Source: Candidatus Spongiisociaceae bacterium
GTDB taxonomy: Bacteria > Actinomycetota > Acidimicrobiia > Spongiisociales > Spongiisociaceae
Length of the DNA: 64,000 nucleotides
Assembly (NCBI GenBank): GCA_965262915.1
Contig: OZ253564.1
Span: 1,504,001-1,568,000 of the forward strand
Direction of reading: 5' to 3'
The position numbers were made by a program, and so were the translations under genes. This document shows positions 47,686 through 59,234 of this stretch, piece after piece (the first letter of the stretch is position 1; the number at the start of each line of letters is the position of its first letter). The notes beneath the pieces were generated by a model that ran no database searches, was not told where the DNA came from, and saw only the letters and a list, made by a program, of their open reading frames with translations.

Positions 47686-48453
47686 GTGGAACTGGTCTCC
47701 TACAAGACCGAGGGTGCGGTCGGAGTCATCGAGCTGGACCGCCCGCCGGTCAACGCCCTTTCAACCCGGTTGGTGGAGGATATCGACGAGGCGATCGGCC
47801 TTGCCTCCGATCCCGCCATACGGGCGGTGGTCATCACCGGGCGTCCCCACTTCGCGGCGGGGGCGGACATCAAGCGGTTCAGAGTGGCCCACGAAACCGG
47901 TGCGAAGGCGTTGGAGGGGCTTCGGCTCGGCGAGGCCACCCGGCGATTGGAGCAGTTGCCCAAACCGGTGATCGCGGCGGTGTTCGGCTACGCCCTGGGC
48001 GGCGGCCTGGAGCTGGCCATGGGAGCGGACTTCCGTTACCTGGCCGAAGATGCCAAAGTCGGCCAGCCGGAAATCCGTCTCGGCATCATCCCCGGCGCGG
48101 GGGGAACGCAGCGCCTTCTTCGCCTGGTCGGCTTCAACCGGGGCAGGGAGCTAGTCTACTCGGGCCGCCACATAGGCGCTGACGAGGCATCGGCCATCGG
48201 GCTGGCCGACAAGGTCTTCCCGACCGACGGGTTGTTCGACGCTGCCATGGCCGACGCGGCCAGGTACGCCTCCGGACCCTCCGTGGCGCTCGGTATGGCG
48301 AAGCGGGCCATCAACGAGGGTTGGGGCCGCCCGATCGACGAGGCGTTGGCCATCGAGGCCGAAGCGTTCGACGAGGCCTTCCCGAGCGATGACGCAAAGG
48401 AGGGAGTCGCCGCCTTCCTCGAGAAGCGCAAGGCACAGTTCGGCGGCTCGTGA
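47686..48453 (+). CDS. Enoyl-CoA hydratase/isomerase-family protein
   Basis: FAAGADIK, ALGGGLELA and GQPEIRLGIIPGAGGTQRL. Confidence 0.93.
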   Translation: MELVSYKTEGAVGVIELDRPPVNALSTRLVEDIDEAIGLASDPAIRAVVITGRPHFAAGADIKRFRVAHETGAKALEGLRLGEATRRLEQLPKPVIAAVFGYALGGGLELAMGADFRYLAEDAKVGQPEIRLGIIPGAGGTQRLLRLVGFNRGRELVYSGRHIGADEASAIGLADKVFPTDGLFDAAMADAARYASGPSVALGMAKRAINEGWGRPIDEALAIEAEAFDEAFPSDDAKEGVAAFLEKRKAQFGGS

Positions 48454-48809
48454 GCCCGCTCCGGACCGCGGCGATAGCGGCCGCCTTCCTGATCTCGGTG
48501 GCCGCGTGCGGATCCCCTGAGAGCCCCGAAGGGTTCGACGGGTCGCTCGACTGCGGTGAGGGGGCGTGGTCGCGGACGGTGGAGTACGAGCGGGATCACG
48601 AGGGTGCTCGGACCCCGTACGACGCCATGGTCGAGTGGTCGCGCGTCTACCGCGACCACGGCCACCGTATCCATGTGGAGAGTTCCCGCACCGGCACGGT
48701 GGTGGTGGACGGTACGGAGATCGCCTTCATGAGGGTGATCGAACTCCCGACCGAGACGTTCGAGGTGGTGGAGAGCAGCGGATGCGAAGGATTCGAGCCG
48801 GCCTCCTGA
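48450..48809 (+). CDS. Small lipoprotein
   Basis: Lipobox VAACG; GTGA overlap with the upstream gene. Confidence 0.75.
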   Translation: MSPLRTAAIAAAFLISVAACGSPESPEGFDGSLDCGEGAWSRTVEYERDHEGARTPYDAMVEWSRVYRDHGHRIHVESSRTGTVVVDGTEIAFMRVIELPTETFEVVESSGCEGFEPAS

Positions 48810-48881
48810 CCGGGTCGGGCGCCCACCGTCCAGCAACCGGGTTCACGCGGACGCCGCACAAGCGCTAGCACAATGACAGCT

Positions 48882-49113
48882 ATGCCGAATGTGTTGGTTC
48901 GTGACTTGCCCGGACGACGTGCACAGCCGTCTCGTTGATAGAGCAAGAGCGGGAGGGCGATCTCTGCAGCAGTATCTGGTTGTCGAGTTGACCCGGATCG
49001 CGCGAACGGTCAGCCTGGAAGAGTTCATCACCAGGATCGAATCCAACCGGGGAGTAACGGTCGGCCTGGCACGAGCTGTCGACGACCTGGACGGAGTCCG
49101 CCACCCGGAATGA
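48882..49113 (+). pseudogene. FitA-like ribbon-helix-helix antitoxin with a +1 frameshift
   Basis: MPNVLVRDLP, then one extra G, then DDVHSRLVDRARAGGRSLQQYL. Confidence 0.78.
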
Positions 49114-49505
49114 TCGTCGTTGACGCTTCGGTGCTCGCCAACGTGGTAGCTGATGACGGTCCCGACGGTACTCGAGTGCGCCATCTGGTCGTCAGCAACG
49201 GACCGGTTGCCATGCCGGACCTGGCGGACATCGAAACGATGGCCGTATTACGCAAGCGATGGATCGGAAAGACGATCACTACGCAACGCTTCGCGGCGGC
49301 GGTCGGCTACCTCGCAGCACTGCCGTTCCGACGTTACCCGGCCCACGCGTTCCTGCACCGGATTCATGAACTTCGTTTCGACGTCACAGTCCATGACGCG
49401 GTCTACGTCGCGCTCGCGGAAGCCCTCGGATGCGACTTGGTGACAGCCGACGCGCGCCTAGGCAGGGCGTCCGGTCCCCGTTGCCCCATCCGGGTGGTTG
49501 CCTGA
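49110..49505 (+). CDS. vapC: VapC/PIN-domain toxin
   Basis: IVVDASV, DIE, HDAVYVALAE and LVTADARL. ATGA overlap with the antitoxin. Confidence 0.9.
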   Translation: MIVVDASVLANVVADDGPDGTRVRHLVVSNGPVAMPDLADIETMAVLRKRWIGKTITTQRFAAAVGYLAALPFRRYPAHAFLHRIHELRFDVTVHDAVYVALAEALGCDLVTADARLGRASGPRCPIRVVA

Positions 49506-49506
49506 G

Positions 49507-49947
49507 CTAGGGGTTGTTCTCGATTCGATGCTTCAACGCCGCCAGGTTGGCTCGCCAGATACGGGCCAGGATCAGCCTGCCCACCCGGGCTCCCAGCGGA
49601 CCGCCGAAGAACCACGGAAACCGTATGCGTTCCCGCCAGGCGAGGCGAGTCCGGCCGGGTGCCGGTGAGGACATCTCGAACCGCCCTTCGCCCGTGAAGA
49701 GGCCCAGATGGCGTCCGGCCACCAGCCGCATGGGTTCGACCTCGGTGATCTCGAACCGGTCGACCGTGCGGAACGGCCCCACCCGCGTCTCGATGATCAG
49801 CACCGTACCGACTCCCTCATGCTGCTCGCCCTCGAACCGGATGGCGCGGGCATCCCTCATCCACTCGGCATGCGAGCCGAAGTCGATCGCCTCGGCCCAA
49901 ACCCCCTCCACCGGAGCGTCGATGTCGATCGAGACCGAACTCCCCAT
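49507..49947 (-). CDS. SRPBCC-family protein
   Basis: VSIDIDAPVEGVW...HAEWM.DA, GVGT and FTGEGRF. Confidence 0.85.
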   Translation of the reverse strand: MGSSVSIDIDAPVEGVWAEAIDFGSHAEWMRDARAIRFEGEQHEGVGTVLIIETRVGPFRTVDRFEITEVEPMRLVAGRHLGLFTGEGRFEMSSPAPGRTRLAWRERIRFPWFFGGPLGARVGRLILARIWRANLAALKHRIENNP

Positions 49948-49972
49948 ATCGGGAGAGTATGGCCGGCCGGTC

Positions 49973-50409
49973 CTACTCCAGAACAGGGTCCACGACCTCC
50001 AGGAAAGGGAAGCGGTAGAAGTCCTTGTCGCGGGTGCAGATACGGCTGACACCGTGTTCTCGCATCAACACCGCTGTATGAAGGTCATGGATCAGGCTGC
50101 TTCGGATGTGAGGCAGTTCCGACAAGGTTCGGGTCAGCACCGCCTGATGACGGTCTGTTGCGCTCAGCAACCGGAATCCGCCGGACAACAGCAGGTTCCG
50201 GATGAAGTTCCAGGCATCTTGCGGACTCCAGGGTGACTCGTGGGTTCGAGGGTGGGTTACTACCCTCAGAAACTCGTAGCATATGCTCCATGTCATAAAC
50301 GTCGGTGATGGGTCCTTCCCGGCTTGATGGAGGCGACGGCGGCAGAGGTCATGGGCTCGGAACGTTGGTCTGTCGCGTAGACGAGTACATTGGTGTCGAA
50401 TACGAGCAC
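49973..50409 (-). pseudogene. VapC/PIN toxin with a 1-bp deletion near 50352
   Basis: VLVFDTNVLVYA frame, then a shift to HDLCR...YEFLRVVTHPR...HDLHTAVLMREHG...TRDKDFYRF. Confidence 0.82.
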
Positions 50410-50418
50410 TCTCCTGCC

Positions 50419-50679
50419 CTACATCCTGTAGAGCTTCTCGCGGTTGGAGCCGGCGTCCAGCACCTCGTATAGCTCCTCGCGGTTGGCCACATCGACCAAC
50501 GCCCCGCCGCTGTCCCAGGTGGGTAGAAGTAGAAGGTCCGCCTGTTCATCGGGAAGCGAGGGTTCGAGAATGTGCCGGAGTCCTTCCTCCACCAATGCCG
50601 ACACGGTCGTATCGCGCCGAGATGCTTCTTCGCGTAGTTGCCGCGCAAGGCCATCGTCGATTTCAAGGGTTGTCTTCAT
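50419..50679 (-). CDS. VapB-like antitoxin
   Basis: MKTTLEIDDGL...TVSALVEEGLR and VDVANREELY. TATGTT -10 element 6 nt upstream. Confidence 0.85.
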   Translation of the reverse strand: MKTTLEIDDGLARQLREEASRRDTTVSALVEEGLRHILEPSLPDEQADLLLLPTWDSGGALVDVANREELYEVLDAGSNREKLYRM

Positions 50680-50789
50680 AGCGATAACATACGCAATATA
50701 TGATCACCTGTCAACTGTGCTCCGAAGGTGGGGTGATCGGATTCTCGGAGTAGCCGGTCTGATGCACACGTCCGAGCGGGTGACTCTCC

Positions 50790-50901
50790 GTGTCAGCACC
50801 CTCCTCGGTGATCGCGTACTGCGTGTGGTTGTGAACACTGATGCTGTCCCTGGTGGGTGGTCAGCGTGTTCTTTGATCGCAGAATGAGAGGCATGTTATG
50901 A
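50790..50901 (+). pseudogene. DUF4258-like toxin C-terminal remnant
   Basis: GDRVLRVVVNTD, a frameshift, then VVSVFFDRRMR. Its stop overlaps the DUF2283 start. Confidence 0.6.
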
Positions 50902-51098
50902 AACTCAACGTCGACAGGGAGGCCGACGCCCTCTATCTACGCCTGGACGAGTCTGCCATTGTCGAGTCCGAGGAGGTCTCTCCGGGAGTGGTGCTCGACT
51001 ACAACCGGCGCAACGAGGTTGTGGGCGTTGAGATGCTGAATCTCTCCAAACGTTCATTCACGCTGGACCTTTCTTCCCTGCAGTTCGAGACGGTTTGA
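50898..51098 (+). CDS. DUF2283-family protein (putative antitoxin)
   Basis: D.EADALYLRL...ESEEVSPGVVLDYN....VVGVE. Confidence 0.88.
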   Translation: MKLNVDREADALYLRLDESAIVESEEVSPGVVLDYNRRNEVVGVEMLNLSKRSFTLDLSSLQFETV

Positions 51099-51150
51099 CC
51101 ACCGACCGATTGTCGGTCACCTACCGCTGACCACCTGCGACAATCGGGCC

Positions 51151-52284
51151 ATGCGGTACGTCGACCATGCTGCCTCTTCTCCTCTGCGTCCGGAGGCGTG
51201 GGAGGCGATGGCGCCGTACCGGAATGAGGACTACGGGAACCCGTCGGGTGGTCACGAAATCTCGCGGCGTGCCAAGAACGCCCTCGAGGACGCCAGGGAC
51301 CTTATCGCTGATCTGCTCGGTGCCGACCCCCTCGAAATCGTATTCACCGGCGGTGGCACCGAGGCCGACAACCTCGCAATCAAGGGCCCCCTTTTCTCAG
51401 GGGGAGCACGGCGCGGCATCGTTACCTCGACCATCGAGCACGATGCGGTTCTCGCTAGCGCCGGGTTTGCAGAGGAGGTCGGGTGCCCTTTGGCACTGGT
51501 CGAGGTCGACAGTGACGGTCTGGTCGATCCGGACGAGGTTGCTTCCCACCTGACCCCGGGTACCGCGGTCGTTTCCATCATGATGGGAAACAACGAGACG
51601 GGGGTCCGGGAGCCGATCGAGGACGTGGTAGCAGCGGTCAGAGCTACCCACCCGTCCGCGGCCCTCCATACCGACGCAGTACAGGGATTCGTATCGGAGC
51701 GGGTGGATGTGAACGCTCTCGGAATGGACATGCTGTCGCTGGCGGCCCACAAGTTCGGGGGTCCCAAGGGGGTCGGCCTGCTCTACGTCCGTTCGGGCCT
51801 CCGACTCGAACCCCTGATCCATGGGGGAGGCCAGGAGCTGGGCCGCCGCTCGGGAACCCACAACGTGATGGCTGTCGTGGGGATGGCTGCGGCTATGCAG
51901 GCCCTCGAGTCGGAACGGGACGATTTCCGGGCCCGGGTCGCGGCGGAGCGGGACGCTTTCGAGACGACTCTCGAGGAGCTCTTGCCGGATGTCGAGTTCA
52001 CCGCCGCCGGCACCCCGAGGATGGTCCAGACCAGCCATGTTCGCATCCCCGGGATCCGTAACGAGCTACTCCTGGTGCGGCTCGATATGGCCGGCCTGGC
52101 CGCCTCCGCAGCGTCGGCGTGCCAGTCGGGCGCGGCTACCGTCTCCCACGTGTTGGAAGCTATGGGGATGACATCCGACGAAGCGAGGGAGTGCCTGAGG
52201 TTCTCCTTCGGATGGTCCACGCCCGAAGGGGAGGGCGCCGCTGCGGCGCGGCTGGTAGCCCGTGAGGTGGAGGCTCTCGGATGA
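51151..52284 (+). CDS. iscS: Cysteine desulfurase (IscS-like)
   Basis: YVDHAAS, GNPS, FTGGGTEADN, HTDAVQ, HKFGGPKG and ASACQSG. Confidence 0.93.
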   Translation: MRYVDHAASSPLRPEAWEAMAPYRNEDYGNPSGGHEISRRAKNALEDARDLIADLLGADPLEIVFTGGGTEADNLAIKGPLFSGGARRGIVTSTIEHDAVLASAGFAEEVGCPLALVEVDSDGLVDPDEVASHLTPGTAVVSIMMGNNETGVREPIEDVVAAVRATHPSAALHTDAVQGFVSERVDVNALGMDMLSLAAHKFGGPKGVGLLYVRSGLRLEPLIHGGGQELGRRSGTHNVMAVVGMAAAMQALESERDDFRARVAAERDAFETTLEELLPDVEFTAAGTPRMVQTSHVRIPGIRNELLLVRLDMAGLAASAASACQSGAATVSHVLEAMGMTSDEARECLRFSFGWSTPEGEGAAAARLVAREVEALG

Positions 52285-53348
52285 AGGCTCTGGTGGCCAT
52301 GTCTGGAGGTGTGGACTCCTCGGTTGCCGCCGCCCTGGTCAAGGAGGCCGGGTGGGAGGTGCTGGGGGTCACCATGAAGCTGTGGAAAGGCCCCGGCGGG
52401 GAGGCGCCGACTGCGGGTTGCTGCACGGTGGCCGATGCGGAGGACGCCAGACGCGTGGCTGCCCAACTCGACATCCCCTACTACGTCTGGGACTACACAG
52501 CCGAGTTCATGTCCGGTGTGGTGGACACCTTCATCGATGACTACGTCTCTGGGCGGACCCCCAACCCGTGCGTGGAGTGCAACCGCACGGTGAAGTTCTC
52601 CCGGCTGCTCGCGCACGCCGACGCCCTGGACTGCGACAGGGTGGTCACCGGTCACTACGCCCGTATCGACTCGGTCAGCGGCCGCTACCGGCTGCGGCGA
52701 GGGGTCGACTCCGGGAAGGACCAGTCCTACGTTCTGTCGATGCTCGGCCAGGACCAGCTGTCCAGGTTGTCGTTCCCGGTGGGAGAGCTGACCAAGGACG
52801 AGACCAGGGCGATCGCCTCCGGGCTGGGCATCCGCACCGCCGACAAACCCGACAGCCAGGACATCTGCTTCGTGGGCCCGGGTGACTACCGGGAATTCCT
52901 GGAGGCCCAGGGAGTGAACCCGTTACCCGGTCCCATCCTCGATCGGGACGGGACGTTGCTCGGGTTCCATGGCGGAGTCACCAACTTCACCATCGGCCAG
53001 CGGCGCGGACTCGGAGTGGCGGTCGGAGAGCCCCGCTACGTCATCGGGATCGACCCGGTCACGGCCGCCGTCACGGTCGGATCCCGGGAGGATCTGGGTG
53101 TGGACGAAGCGATCGTCGGAAACGTGAGTTGGGTGTTCAGGCCGGTGACGGGTTCCATGGTGGCCCAGTACCGGGCCCACGGCAGGGCGGTGGAGGCGGA
53201 CGTGTCGGCGGCGATGGGACGCGTGAAAGTTCGCTTCTCCGAGCCGCAGCCGGCGGTCGCGAGCGGCCAGACGATGGCCTTCTACCGGGACGACGAGGTG
53301 GTCGGGGGAGGGATCATCGAGGCCACCTCCCGAGCGAGGTTGTCATAG
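52281..53348 (+). CDS. mnmA: tRNA-specific 2-thiouridylase
   Basis: SGGVDS, TPNPCVECN, TGHYA, KDQSYVL and DSQDICF. Confidence 0.96.
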   Translation: MKALVAMSGGVDSSVAAALVKEAGWEVLGVTMKLWKGPGGEAPTAGCCTVADAEDARRVAAQLDIPYYVWDYTAEFMSGVVDTFIDDYVSGRTPNPCVECNRTVKFSRLLAHADALDCDRVVTGHYARIDSVSGRYRLRRGVDSGKDQSYVLSMLGQDQLSRLSFPVGELTKDETRAIASGLGIRTADKPDSQDICFVGPGDYREFLEAQGVNPLPGPILDRDGTLLGFHGGVTNFTIGQRRGLGVAVGEPRYVIGIDPVTAAVTVGSREDLGVDEAIVGNVSWVFRPVTGSMVAQYRAHGRAVEADVSAAMGRVKVRFSEPQPAVASGQTMAFYRDDEVVGGGIIEATSRARLS

Positions 53349-55457
<2,109 letters not shown>

Positions 55458-55460
55458 GAA

Positions 55461-55543
55461 CCGTTGTCCGTTGTCCGTTGTCAACTACCTGACAGAGGAT
55501 GCGAAGGATGTCGAGGGGTGAGACCTGGCACCTGGCACCTAGA
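55461..55543. repeat. Two short heptamer arrays, (CCGTTGT)x3 and (ACCTGGC)x2-3
   Basis: Visible at 55461-55481 and about 55520-55543, between convergent stop codons. Confidence 0.75.
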
Positions 55544-55940
55544 ACACCCGGAAGTCCCAGCTGTACTCGCCCTGGTCGGCCAGCCCGCTCACCTTCCGCC
55601 AGCGTACCGACACTGTATGGGAGCCGGAACCCCACACGATGGTGGATGACCGGGCGGGGGCCCACGAGTGCACGCCGGTGCCCTCCACGAAGCGCACCTC
55701 GGAATCGGGGACCCGGAACCCGTCCACGAATATCTCTACCCGGTAGCCCACCGGCACGTCCACCTCGATGGGAGTCTGGAGGGGAACCTGGCTGCCCGGC
55801 AGAGGAGCTATCTCCTCAAGGGCCTGGGGCAAGGGTTCGCGGCCGGTGTCGGGCGATCCGAACAGGAACGCCGCCGCGACCACAGCGACCGCTGCCAGGC
55901 CAAGCCCCAGAAAGATGAACAGGTAACGCCGGTCGGTCAT
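55539..55940 (-). CDS. Membrane-anchored hypothetical protein
   Basis: N-terminal TM then a beta-rich domain (P.PGSQV..QTPIEVD...YSWDFRV). Confidence 0.78.
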   Translation of the reverse strand: MTDRRYLFIFLGLGLAAVAVVAAAFLFGSPDTGREPLPQALEEIAPLPGSQVPLQTPIEVDVPVGYRVEIFVDGFRVPDSEVRFVEGTGVHSWAPARSSTIVWGSGSHTVSVRWRKVSGLADQGEYSWDFRVF

Positions 55941-56011
55941 GCCTCGGTTTCCACCGTGTGGATTCTATGACAGCCCCGGCGGCATGGCTAGGCATGGATT
56001 GGTCCGCCGGT

Positions 56012-56150
56012 GTCGGGCAGCCGGGTGCGTGTCCTGTGACCGACGGCGGGAACAGTCTCCGGCGACGCAGGGCTCTGGTTGGCGACGCCGGACAGATTCG
56101 TTCGATAAACGAATACGTCAAGTCACGATGCCGCACCCGTGCAGCCTGAT
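56012..56150 (+). ncRNA. Candidate 6S-like rod-shaped RNA
   Basis: Outer stems, a central bubble with a 3' mini-hairpin, and an inner stem. G-U pairs favour the + strand. Confidence 0.45.
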
Positions 56151-56247
56151 CACTCGTCACGGTCGTGGTCGCAGCAGATATCCCCGCTCTCTGTAGGCCT
56201 CGGCGTGCTGTCGGCTCTGGCCACCGGCTACTGGCTACGCTCGGCCC

Positions 56248-57387
56248 GTGCGCGTAAACCCGGTGCTCGACCAGATCGGTTCCTATGCGATCGCGGCCAT
56301 CCAGGGCCGGGCTCGCAGCCTGCGTGACGCCGGCGAGCCGCTGGTGGACTTCTCGATAGGCGATCCCCGGGAGCCGACCCCGCCGTTCATCCCGGCGGCC
56401 TTGAAGGCGGCGGTTCCCGTGATCTCCCAGTACCCGACTATCGCGGGCCTGCCAAGGCTGCGCCGGTCGATAGCGGGTTACGTGGAAAGAAGGTTCGGCG
56501 TCGCCATCGACCCTGACACCGAGGTGCTTCCGACCACCGGCTCCAAGGAGGCGATCTTTTCCACGCCGCTGGCCTTCATAGATCGGGACGCGGGGGACGG
56601 TGTGATCTGGCCCACACCGGGTTACCCGATCTACGAGCGGGGTGCGCGCCTGGCCGGTGCGGTCCCGCTCCCTATCGGGCTGTCCGGCGACTTCGTGTTC
56701 CGGGTCCGGGACATACCCCGGGAGGCCTGGAGCCGGGCCCGCCTCGTCTGGCTGTGCAGCCCCCACAACCCCTCCGGTGCGGTGACGCCTCTCGACGATC
56801 TGGCCGCCTTCCGGGAGCAGGCGGCTCTTCACGACGTGCTGCTGTGCTCCGACGAGTGCTACGTCGATCTCTACGACGGTGACCCGCCCCGCTCGCTACT
56901 CGAGACCGGCGGGACCGAGGGGGTGCTGATCTACCTGAGTCTCTCCAAGCGAAGCGGCATGACCGGGTACCGGAGCGGGGCCGTCGTCGGCGATACCCGG
57001 GCGATCGCCGCTCTCAAGGCGCTCCGCACCGGGACCGGCACCGCCCCACCCGAGTTCACGCAGGCGGCGGCGACGGCGGCATGGAGCGATGACCGCCACG
57101 CCGCCGAGCGCCGCGACCTCTTCCGGCGTAAGCGAGCCGTCCTCACACGGGCCTTCGCCGCCCTGGGATACCCCACGGTGGCATCCAAAGCCGGGCTCTA
57201 CATATGGTTGGAGGTGCCCGATGATCTGGCGATCACCGAACGGTTGCTCGAACATGGCGTGGTGGTCTCACCGGGTCGGGTTTTCGGTCCCGGGGGGGAG
57301 GGGTATATTCGCCTGGCGTTGGTACCGACGCTGGACGAATGCAAGGAAGCAGTGGAGGTGGTGAGGAATTGTCTGAGCAACAGCTGA
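56248..57387 (+). CDS. dapC: PLP aminotransferase, N-succinyldiaminopimelate aminotransferase-like
   Basis: GSKEAIF, SPHNPSG, SDECY and SLSKRSGMTGYRSG. In an operon with dapD and dapE. Confidence 0.85.
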   Translation: MRVNPVLDQIGSYAIAAIQGRARSLRDAGEPLVDFSIGDPREPTPPFIPAALKAAVPVISQYPTIAGLPRLRRSIAGYVERRFGVAIDPDTEVLPTTGSKEAIFSTPLAFIDRDAGDGVIWPTPGYPIYERGARLAGAVPLPIGLSGDFVFRVRDIPREAWSRARLVWLCSPHNPSGAVTPLDDLAAFREQAALHDVLLCSDECYVDLYDGDPPRSLLETGGTEGVLIYLSLSKRSGMTGYRSGAVVGDTRAIAALKALRTGTGTAPPEFTQAAATAAWSDDRHAAERRDLFRRKRAVLTRAFAALGYPTVASKAGLYIWLEVPDDLAITERLLEHGVVVSPGRVFGPGGEGYIRLALVPTLDECKEAVEVVRNCLSNS

Positions 57388-58175
57388 TCGAGACCGCATA
57401 CCGCGATCACTCGGCCCTCGGCGAGGCCAGGGAGGCGGTCCTGAGCACCATCGCCCGGCTGGATGCGGGCGAAGTCCGGGTGGCAGAGAAGATCGACGGC
57501 GCATGGGTGGTCAACGAATGGATCAAGCAAGCCATCCTGCTCTATTTCGGATTGACCGAGATGGAGGTCATGCAGTCCGGACCGATGCAGTTCTACGACA
57601 AGATCCCCCCCAAGCAGAATCTGGCCGAGGCCGGCGTGAGGGTGGTCCCTCCCGGAACGGTCCGCTACGGGGCGTTCTGCGAGCCCGGCGTGATCGTGAT
57701 GCCCGGCTACGTGAACATCGGGGCCTACGTCGCTACCGGCACCATGGTGGACACCTGGGCCACCGTGGGATCGTGCGCGCAGATCGGGTCCGGAGTGCAT
57801 CTATCAGGCGGGGTGGGCATCGGCGGGGTTCTCGAACCCCCCAACGCTCGTCCTGTGGTGGTGGAGGACGGCGCCTTCGTGGGGAGCCGGTGCATAGTGA
57901 CCGAGGGAGCGCTCGTCGAGGAGGGTGCCGTCCTGGCCGCCAACGTCACGATCACGGCTTCGACCCCCATCATCGACCTCACCGGCGAGGAGCGGGTCGA
58001 GTACCGGGGCCGCGTCCCCGCCCGTTCCGTCGTGGTACCTGGTACCCGTCCCAGGGAGTTCCCCGGTGGTACGGCCCAGTTGGCCTGCGCCTACATCATC
58101 GGTCAACGGTCGGCCCGCACCGACGACCGCACGTCGCTCAACGAGGCGCTGCGCGCCTTCGAGGTCTCGGTGTGA
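57369..58175 (+). CDS. dapD: Tetrahydrodipicolinate N-succinyltransferase
   Basis: WIKQAILLYF, YVNIGAYV and TMVDTWATVGSCAQIG..VHLSGGVGIGGVLEP. Confidence 0.95.
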   Translation: MSEQQLIETAYRDHSALGEAREAVLSTIARLDAGEVRVAEKIDGAWVVNEWIKQAILLYFGLTEMEVMQSGPMQFYDKIPPKQNLAEAGVRVVPPGTVRYGAFCEPGVIVMPGYVNIGAYVATGTMVDTWATVGSCAQIGSGVHLSGGVGIGGVLEPPNARPVVVEDGAFVGSRCIVTEGALVEEGAVLAANVTITASTPIIDLTGEERVEYRGRVPARSVVVPGTRPREFPGGTAQLACAYIIGQRSARTDDRTSLNEALRAFEVSV

Positions 58176-59224
58176 CGCTTGTGGACACCCTGACCTGGCT
58201 GGTCGACATCCCGTCGGTCACCGGGGAGGAAGGCCCACTGTGCGAGGCATTGGCCGGACGGCTGCGCGAAACCTACCGGGATCACGACATCCGCCGGATC
58301 GGCAACAGCCTGGTGGTGGGGTCACGCACCGGCCGCCCTCTGGTCCTGCTGGTGGGCCACATCGACACGGTTCCTGCCCAGGGTCAGGGTGCCGCCCGCC
58401 TCGAAGGGAACAGGCTCTTCGGCCTGGGCACCTCCGACATGAAGTCGGGAGTGGCGGTGATGGTTCACCTCCTAGAGGACCGGTCGGTGCGGGACGGTCC
58501 ATTCGACGTGGTGGGTGTCTTTTACGACGCCGAAGAAGGACCGCACGCGCTCAACGGGCTAGAGCCGGTCTTGCAACGGTTCCCTCGGTTGGCAGAGGCT
58601 GCCTTCGCGGTAGTTACAGAGCCGACCGACCTTGAGTTGCAACTCGGCTGCCAGGGACTGATCAACGCCACAGTTCGCTTTCAAGGCAGAGCAGCCCACA
58701 GCGCCCGTCCCTGGTTGGGAGAGAACGCGGTGACCAAGGCCGGCGACTGGTTGGCTGGACTCCATGAGCGGCCACCTGAGCCCATCGACGTGGGTGGCCT
58801 CACCTTCTACGAGGTGTTCTCCGTGACCAGGGCCACAGCGGGGGTAGCCAACAACGTGATCCCGGCAACCTTCGACCTGAACCTGAACTACCGGTTCGCT
58901 CCCCACCGGAGCGGAGCCGATGCCTTGGCAAGGTTGGCCGAGATCACCGCCGCGGCTGACGCGGTGGATGTCCGGGAGTGTGTCGATGGAGCACCCGTCC
59001 CGGAGGGCAATCCCTTCCTCGACCGGCTCGTTGAGATCGCGGATGCTCAGGTCACTCCCAAACAGGCTTGGACCGACGTGGCGCGCCTCGCCAGGTACGG
59101 CATCCCGGCCGCGAACTACGGCCCCGGGGAGGTAGCCCAAGCCCACCAAGCGACCGAGAGTGTTCCCATCGCCAACCTCGACCCGGCCTACCGTGCCATG
59201 CGCCGCTTCCTGACCGAGGTGTGA
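58172..59224 (+). CDS. dapE: Succinyl-diaminopimelate desuccinylase
   Basis: GHIDTVP, DMKSG, EEG, AHSARPW and WTDVAR. Confidence 0.92.
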   Translation: MTLVDTLTWLVDIPSVTGEEGPLCEALAGRLRETYRDHDIRRIGNSLVVGSRTGRPLVLLVGHIDTVPAQGQGAARLEGNRLFGLGTSDMKSGVAVMVHLLEDRSVRDGPFDVVGVFYDAEEGPHALNGLEPVLQRFPRLAEAAFAVVTEPTDLELQLGCQGLINATVRFQGRAAHSARPWLGENAVTKAGDWLAGLHERPPEPIDVGGLTFYEVFSVTRATAGVANNVIPATFDLNLNYRFAPHRSGADALARLAEITAAADAVDVRECVDGAPVPEGNPFLDRLVEIADAQVTPKQAWTDVARLARYGIPAANYGPGEVAQAHQATESVPIANLDPAYRAMRRFLTEV

Positions 59225-59234
59225 AGTGGAAGGG

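Noticed and set aside
55970-56247. Lysine riboswitch upstream of dapCDE
   Set aside because: No L-box consensus is recognisable, and dapC has a -10 element 6 nt before its GTG (leaderless), so the fold lies outside its mRNA.
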